A DNA stretch of 64,000 nt from a virus. The translations under genes were made by a program, and so were the position numbers. Positions 58,814-64,000 of the stretch are shown one piece after another (position 1 is the stretch's first letter; each line of letters opens with the position of its first letter). The notes beneath the pieces are model-generated. The model made no database searches. It had not been told where the DNA came from and saw nothing but the letters and a program-made list of their open reading frames with translations. Location of the stretch: positions 1 to 64,000 of IMG/VR virus record IMGVR_UViG_3300016474_000281. The stretch is one strand, 5' to 3'.

Positions 58814-61530
58814 TATTCTTCAGGTTCGTTATCTACATCATAAGTATCATCCATAAAACCACTGCCCATTACAGCTTGTAGGAAAGCTTGTTGCTTATCT
58901 CCATACTGTCTAGTCAGTTTGGTCATCCTACCTAACTCCATTAAAGTGTTTTGATCACCACTCTGCAACATAGCTTTCATATTTAGTATAGCAGATACAG
59001 CTGCGTCATGGCTTACCTCTCCACTGCCTAAACCTTGTGATAATACACCTCTCATATCTGTACCTGTAAGAGGTCTGCCAGAAGCTAAGGTTTCTTCAGC
59101 TTGAGCTGTCAAAGGTAACACGTAAGACTTACCTACATTAGTAACATTTAGGTATGGTGTTATGTAACTATCTTTTACACGTACTGGAGGCAACTGATAT
59201 ACACCAGGTTCATTGTACGTATTAGCTTTACGTCTTATAGTGTTTGCATCAAATCCAGTGCTAGGTTGATTATCCATGTCAAACAACTGAGACATAGACC
59301 TGTAAAACACTTCTTCATTCTTAGGTGTCATCCTCTCATAGTCAAAAGCTACAGCAGCTTGAGTTACTACATAGTTGCGCACCCACTCTTTATTCTTTAA
59401 CCCTTCAACAGGTACAGTGACAGGTACAGGTTGTGAGAACCCACCTTTTACAGGTTCTTGTACATATAAGGTAAGCATCTGTTGGTTAGTACCATTACCT
59501 GACATATTTGTTATGACAGCATCACTGAGTTTTAAATCTTGTCTGAACTTACCTTTAACTGTTAGCAACTTCCTCTGTTCTTTATCCAACATAGACATAT
59601 CTATGACTGTGCCTATGTTTTGACCTATAGCTTCAGTTAGTTGTTTGTTGCTCTTAGACATCTCATCATGGTCAACACCATACGTATATACTGAACCCAA
59701 TACTTTCTTGTGTAATGTTGGATTTTCTAACTTTATTTTGTTCAAATATCTATCTAACTCCTTTAGTGTAGCAGGGTCTTTTTTAGCCAACAAGTCTTTT
59801 ACTTGAGATACTGTTGTTCTTATACTTCGTGTTTCAGGTTCAGTAGGCCATAAAGGACTTGTCACAGAAGGAACATTTACATAAAGCATAGTACTAAAGT
59901 CTGCTAACAGCCTATCATCTTTCAACACCTCATCAGCTACCCTCTCCACTATGTCCACATTAGCTTTATACATAGACCAAGAGTTAGTCAATACATCGTA
60001 CTGATTATCCAACTTAACTCTACCTGCATCTCCTTCAGCTAAAAACCTATTAGCCATATCACTGTATGACATTTTCTTATTACTAACCCCACTATTCTGT
60101 AACGATTGTTCAAAGCCTCTTTTAAACAACTGCTTTTGTTGCTCAGTCATATTAGCCATACTAGTCACTCCAGCATTAGCTAGACCTTTACTTACAGCAG
60201 AACTAAACTCACCTACTACCACACCATACCTTTGTCCAGTAGCATCAAATACTTGACTCAAACCACCTAAACCTTGCTTAGCTACCTCTACAGCATTTTT
60301 GTAGTTTGTTTTAGACTTGTTCATCATATCTATAGGACTAGGTAGATTTAGCTGAGCTGTATCTTTGACAGTAAGCAATGGCATCTGTGAAGGAGGTTGA
60401 AACTCCATCATCAAGTTGCGCATAGCGTTCATCTGTCTTCTTTGTAAAGCTAACCTATCCCATTCTAACTTGCCTGTCTGTTTAGTGTAAGCATACTTAT
60501 CTAACATTGCATCTTGCATGTCTTGCTGTATCCTCAACTTATAAACACTGGTAGCATCTAAGTCACCATAGTTTATCTTTGACATGTTATCTACTTCAGA
60601 CCTCAAGTCAGCTAAAGCATCATTAGTCTTATCTCCTATAACTCCATCTGCTTTTACACCTAACTTACGTTGTGCAGATACTATATCTTTGTAGTTACCA
60701 CTGTTTAAGTCTTTCTCTATCTGACTTAACATGTCTGAAGCTGTCTTTATCCTGTCTTTTTGTTCTTGTTGAAAAGCACCTAGTACAGCTTGTTGTCCTT
60801 CAGCTCCAGCCATACCTGCTCTATATTGTGCTTGTATGTTTATAGCATAGTCTATACGTGGGTCTTTCATAAAGGCAGACATAGCTTTACTCAGTTCTGC
60901 TTTAGATACTTGTTCAGTTGTACCTACCCAGTAAAACATTTCACCTCTACGTTCAATGCCTGTTCTAGTATCTGCTTTCCAATCTTTTAAAAAGTCATCT
61001 GTCTCTTTTAACACATTAACTTCTTTCATCATGTTAGGTGCAGATATAGTCTTTCTACCACCTGTCAATGGATCATAACCAGAACCTTCTTCTGCAGCTT
61101 GTCTTACTAGGTTAGTATATACATATTTATATGCAGGGTCAGTATTGTCTTTAGTGAACTCTTTAACTTCTTCCAATGCTTTTTGATAGTCTTGGTAAAA
61201 CCCTTGTACACTGCCAAATACACCAGTAGGTTTCCACATAGAACTTAGTACACCTTTAGCATCTCTTAGACCTTTCATGGCTTCACTAACTCTACCTGTA
61301 GCAAAACCTTCAGATACACCTTTCACAAGGTCATCTACTTCTTTTAAAGCAGCTTGTACTAATGGTTTATCAGCTTCCACATATTGAGGTGAAAGCTCCC
61401 TCATCTGTTCATACATATCTTTCTCCTGCTGCATACCTTGTATTTGAGCTTGCATCTGCTCAAATGGTAATTGCAACTTAGGTAACTCAAATGTTACTGG
61501 AGAAAGTCTTGTGCCTAACGCTATAGCCAT
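58813..61530 (-). CDS. large virion-associated protein (905 aa), function unknown
   Basis: Uninterrupted ORF; its TAA shares one base with the downstream ATG. Confidence 0.8.
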   Translation of the reverse strand: MAIALGTRLSPVTFELPKLQLPFEQMQAQIQGMQQEKDMYEQMRELSPQYVEADKPLVQAALKEVDDLVKGVSEGFATGRVSEAMKGLRDAKGVLSSMWKPTGVFGSVQGFYQDYQKALEEVKEFTKDNTDPAYKYVYTNLVRQAAEEGSGYDPLTGGRKTISAPNMMKEVNVLKETDDFLKDWKADTRTGIERRGEMFYWVGTTEQVSKAELSKAMSAFMKDPRIDYAINIQAQYRAGMAGAEGQQAVLGAFQQEQKDRIKTASDMLSQIEKDLNSGNYKDIVSAQRKLGVKADGVIGDKTNDALADLRSEVDNMSKINYGDLDATSVYKLRIQQDMQDAMLDKYAYTKQTGKLEWDRLALQRRQMNAMRNLMMEFQPPSQMPLLTVKDTAQLNLPSPIDMMNKSKTNYKNAVEVAKQGLGGLSQVFDATGQRYGVVVGEFSSAVSKGLANAGVTSMANMTEQQKQLFKRGFEQSLQNSGVSNKKMSYSDMANRFLAEGDAGRVKLDNQYDVLTNSWSMYKANVDIVERVADEVLKDDRLLADFSTMLYVNVPSVTSPLWPTEPETRSIRTTVSQVKDLLAKKDPATLKELDRYLNKIKLENPTLHKKVLGSVYTYGVDHDEMSKSNKQLTEAIGQNIGTVIDMSMLDKEQRKLLTVKGKFRQDLKLSDAVITNMSGNGTNQQMLTLYVQEPVKGGFSQPVPVTVPVEGLKNKEWVRNYVVTQAAVAFDYERMTPKNEEVFYRSMSQLFDMDNQPSTGFDANTIRRKANTYNEPGVYQLPPVRVKDSYITPYLNVTNVGKSYVLPLTAQAEETLASGRPLTGTDMRGVLSQGLGSGEVSHDAAVSAILNMKAMLQSGDQNTLMELGRMTKLTRQYGDKQQAFLQAVMGSGFMDDTYDVDNEPEE

Positions 61531-61533
61531 CTC

Positions 61534-62799
61534 TTATAGTTTTAAAGAATTTAACCAACCACCTTTTTTGTTTTGAGGTAGCTTAGCTAATCTCTCATTG
61601 ATTTCTTTCACCTTAGCTTCATAGCCAGGTACAGTAGGATTGTTTAACACATATAGGTCATCTACACTGAGTTTAACTCCACCAGATACAGCTTTGTTGA
61701 TGATGTCTTTAGCACTGGCAAACTTAAAGTCTTTAGAGCCTAGTGTAGCTGCTAATAAGTCTTGTTGTGCTAAGTTAGCTCTATAGTTAGTTATCTCTTG
61801 ACCAGCTTGACCTACAGAACCTAACATGTCACCAACAAAACTCTGTAGCTGTGCCTTACTAGCTGTAGTCATAGCTCTAGCTTGTTCTCTAGCACCTCTT
61901 TGTTCTGAACCTAAACTCTGTAGTCCAGCAGCTCTAGCTTGTCTGTAAGCATTTTCTTGTTGTTGACCAGATAGCATAGCTTCTTGCAACCTACCCATAA
62001 CTTCACTTTGAGTGTTTTGTAACAGAGATTGACGTACAGCTTCATTCTGTATTCCAGATACACTACCTCTAGCTCTAGCTTGTTCTTGCTGTAGTTTTTG
62101 TGTTACTGGAGTTATGTCAAACTGCATCTGTTCTAGCTCTCTTCTAGCTTGTGCTTCGTAAGGATTTAGTATAGGTGAATATCTCTCATAACCACTAGCT
62201 GCCATCAAACCTTTACCTAGTGTTTCAATACCTTTACCTATAGCTAGAGGAGTCATCACATTAGATAAGAACCCAGTCTTACTTTCTTTAACTGCTTTAG
62301 ACTTGTCTATGCTTTGATTGACTAGTGTAGTTAGTCGGTTAGCATCACCTAAGGTAGTAGTCAAAGGTTTACCTAGTGTAAGGGGTTTATCTGTAACAGG
62401 TAGAGGAGCCGTAGCTAATGTGTTGTCTGTAGGTAGCACAGATGTTACTTGCCCTACTGTAGGATTAGTCAACCCTGTAGGTAATAACGTAGTACGTGTA
62501 GGTGATAAGTTAATGTTAAACTGTTTATTAAACGGATCACCTAATACCCCTGCATTAACATAGTTAGGTAAGTTACCTCCCATAGCTTTTAACAACCTTC
62601 TATTCTGTTGCAATGTATCTACAGCAGCTTCTTTAATCCTAGTAACTTCTTGCATCTTTACCAACTCTTCAATCTCAGCTAGAAAAGAACGCTTAGACAA
62701 AGGGTTAGTATCTCTGTCTTTGTACTTGTCACTAATCTTCTTAGAAGCTTGTGCAAATGTCTTACCCGTGTATCTTTGACTTATGTGTTTAGTTTTCAT
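61534..62799 (-). CDS. hypothetical virion-module protein (421 aa)
   Basis: ATG ORF; Gln/Ala-rich helical C-terminal half. Confidence 0.75.
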   Translation of the reverse strand: MKTKHISQRYTGKTFAQASKKISDKYKDRDTNPLSKRSFLAEIEELVKMQEVTRIKEAAVDTLQQNRRLLKAMGGNLPNYVNAGVLGDPFNKQFNINLSPTRTTLLPTGLTNPTVGQVTSVLPTDNTLATAPLPVTDKPLTLGKPLTTTLGDANRLTTLVNQSIDKSKAVKESKTGFLSNVMTPLAIGKGIETLGKGLMAASGYERYSPILNPYEAQARRELEQMQFDITPVTQKLQQEQARARGSVSGIQNEAVRQSLLQNTQSEVMGRLQEAMLSGQQQENAYRQARAAGLQSLGSEQRGAREQARAMTTASKAQLQSFVGDMLGSVGQAGQEITNYRANLAQQDLLAATLGSKDFKFASAKDIINKAVSGGVKLSVDDLYVLNNPTVPGYEAKVKEINERLAKLPQNKKGGWLNSLKL

Positions 62800-63425
62800 A
62801 TTACTAACTTGTCGCTAAATATATATGTGTCATTCTTACGCTGATACCTGGTTTCATTACCTTCTACTTCAGCTATTGCTTTTTTGGAAGGTGTACCTTT
62901 TTGTGATACTAGTATGCCACCATTAGCATGTGACCTACCTTTATAAAAAGACAAATCATCTTTACCTGTCAACATACCACCATACTCCATTTTAGACTTT
63001 ATCTTACGCTCTTGCTCTAACATCTGCTTAGTAGGTTTTTTACCAGAACCTCTGTTAGCTCTGATGTTATCCCACAAACCAGGTCTGGAGTAACTACCAT
63101 CTTTACGCTTTATCAAACCACCTTTTTGCATCATAGGTGTAGAAGAATACATCTTGTTAAATGAACTCTTATTAGCTTGCTGTTGCGCTAACATATCTAA
63201 CACTGTACCACCAACTCCAGATACAGCACTACCTATAATACCACCTATGCCAGGTATCATAGAAGCTAAACCACCTACACCTTTAACTATGTTTGAAGCA
63301 GTATTTAATGAACTACCATTTGCATATTTAGGTAGTTTCTTTTTTAATTTACCACCTTTACTGTATGTTTTTAACCTGTCCTTATACTTTAAAGGAGGAG
63401 GCCCTACAACAAGTCTAGTTTTCAT
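62796..63425 (-). CDS. basic glycine-rich protein (209 aa)
   Basis: GVGGLASMIPGIGGIIGSAVSGVGG segment; ATGA-coupled. Confidence 0.65.
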   Translation of the reverse strand: MKTRLVVGPPPLKYKDRLKTYSKGGKLKKKLPKYANGSSLNTASNIVKGVGGLASMIPGIGGIIGSAVSGVGGTVLDMLAQQQANKSSFNKMYSSTPMMQKGGLIKRKDGSYSRPGLWDNIRANRGSGKKPTKQMLEQERKIKSKMEYGGMLTGKDDLSFYKGRSHANGGILVSQKGTPSKKAIAEVEGNETRYQRKNDTYIFSDKLVI

Positions 63426-63748
63426 TTCATTTTAGTTTTATATGTACCCATCAAAGGTAAATATCCACCTTCTTCCCATTTACCTAATCTCTTATGCCAA
63501 TACAATGGTGAGAACTTATCTGTAGCTTTAGCTGAGTTTTTACCACCCATCCTGTTCCAAAAGTTCTTTCTTCTTTTTTCACTTCCATGTTGACTAAAGT
63601 CTTTCATAGAACTGTCACCACCATGTACTACTTTGTACTTATCACCTTTCTTAGCTAGTACCATCCACTTCTTACCTGGTCTAGTACTCTTTTTCTTTTG
63701 TCCTACTTTAGTAAAACCTTTGTTCTTGTATCTATCTGGAATAGCCAT
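63422..63748 (-). CDS. small basic protein (108 aa)
   Basis: Lys/Arg-rich; ATGA-coupled to the downstream gene. Confidence 0.6.
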   Translation of the reverse strand: MAIPDRYKNKGFTKVGQKKKSTRPGKKWMVLAKKGDKYKVVHGGDSSMKDFSQHGSEKRRKNFWNRMGGKNSAKATDKFSPLYWHKRLGKWEEGGYLPLMGTYKTKMK

Positions 63749-63750
63749 AG

Positions 63751-63918
63751 TTATTTGTTTTTAGCCATCTTTCTGAAATTTACTGCGAGCCTATACCTAC
63801 GTGAACCTGGAGGACATGAAGGCCCACCAAAGTTCTTACCAGTACAAACTCCTTCTGTACCTCTTCTTTTTATTGAAGCTGTAGCTTTTTGTATCCAATT
63901 TTTCTTACTATCTTTCAT
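63751..63918 (-). CDS. possible small basic protein (55 aa), below the track threshold
   Basis: Hand-translated MKDSKKNWIQKATASIKRRGTEGVCTGKNFGGPSCPPGSRRYRLAVNFRKMAKNK; its stop is 2 nt from the next start. Confidence 0.4.
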   Translation of the reverse strand: MKDSKKNWIQKATASIKRRGTEGVCTGKNFGGPSCPPGSRRYRLAVNFRKMAKNK

Positions 63919-64000
63919 AGTTAACTGGTTGTGTTACAGTTAATAAATAACTTATATTACCTTGTTTGTGGCAAGTTAGTATAATCTGTGATATAAAGCA

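Noticed and set aside
1-64000. I looked for lysogeny or mobility functions (integrase, att-like repeats, transposase), toxin-antitoxin pairs, reverse transcriptase or DGR, and CRISPR/anti-CRISPR signatures.
   Set aside because: No ORF shows integrase, transposase or RT motifs by eye, and no long exact direct repeats flank any segment. Absence cannot be proven without profile searches.

Overview
This window is an AT-rich, almost gap-free segment of a large virulent dsDNA phage genome. I saw no rRNA, CRISPR array, integrase or transposase. The gene content fits a crAss-like (Crassvirales-type) phage of a Bacteroidota/Flavobacteriia host. That content includes giant minus-strand virion proteins (one 2391-aa protein carries a DFDID Asp triad), a family-B DNA polymerase, a Toprim primase, SF2 and DnaB-like helicases, ThyX and dCMP deaminase. 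There are no Shine-Dalgarno sequences, and TAnnTTTG-type -7 boxes are present. The taxonomic call is inference and needs a database search. Layout: 1-35.7 kb on the plus strand holds early/accessory genes and a replication/nucleotide-metabolism module, separated by strong rho-independent terminators. 35.7-64 kb on the minus strand holds very large virion/ejection proteins (1337, 1110, 2391, 2542 and 905 aa) plus an embedded ferritin-like gene. The main result is invisible in the >=60-aa ORF track. Hand translation finds 71 paralogous micro-ORFs (mostly 35-55 aa) in three same-strand arrays: A 5344-6162 (7 units), B 11825-19336 (56 units) and C 21603-22753 (8 units). Together they cover about 9.5 kb, roughly 15% of the window. 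Units are joined head-to-tail by stop/start overlaps (ATGA, TGATG, ATGGAAyTAR), so the reading frame steps by -1 at almost every junction. Units share conserved N- and C-terminal motifs around a hypervariable core. I do not recognise this family or this architecture. A single tRNA (anticodon CAT) lies between arrays B and C.
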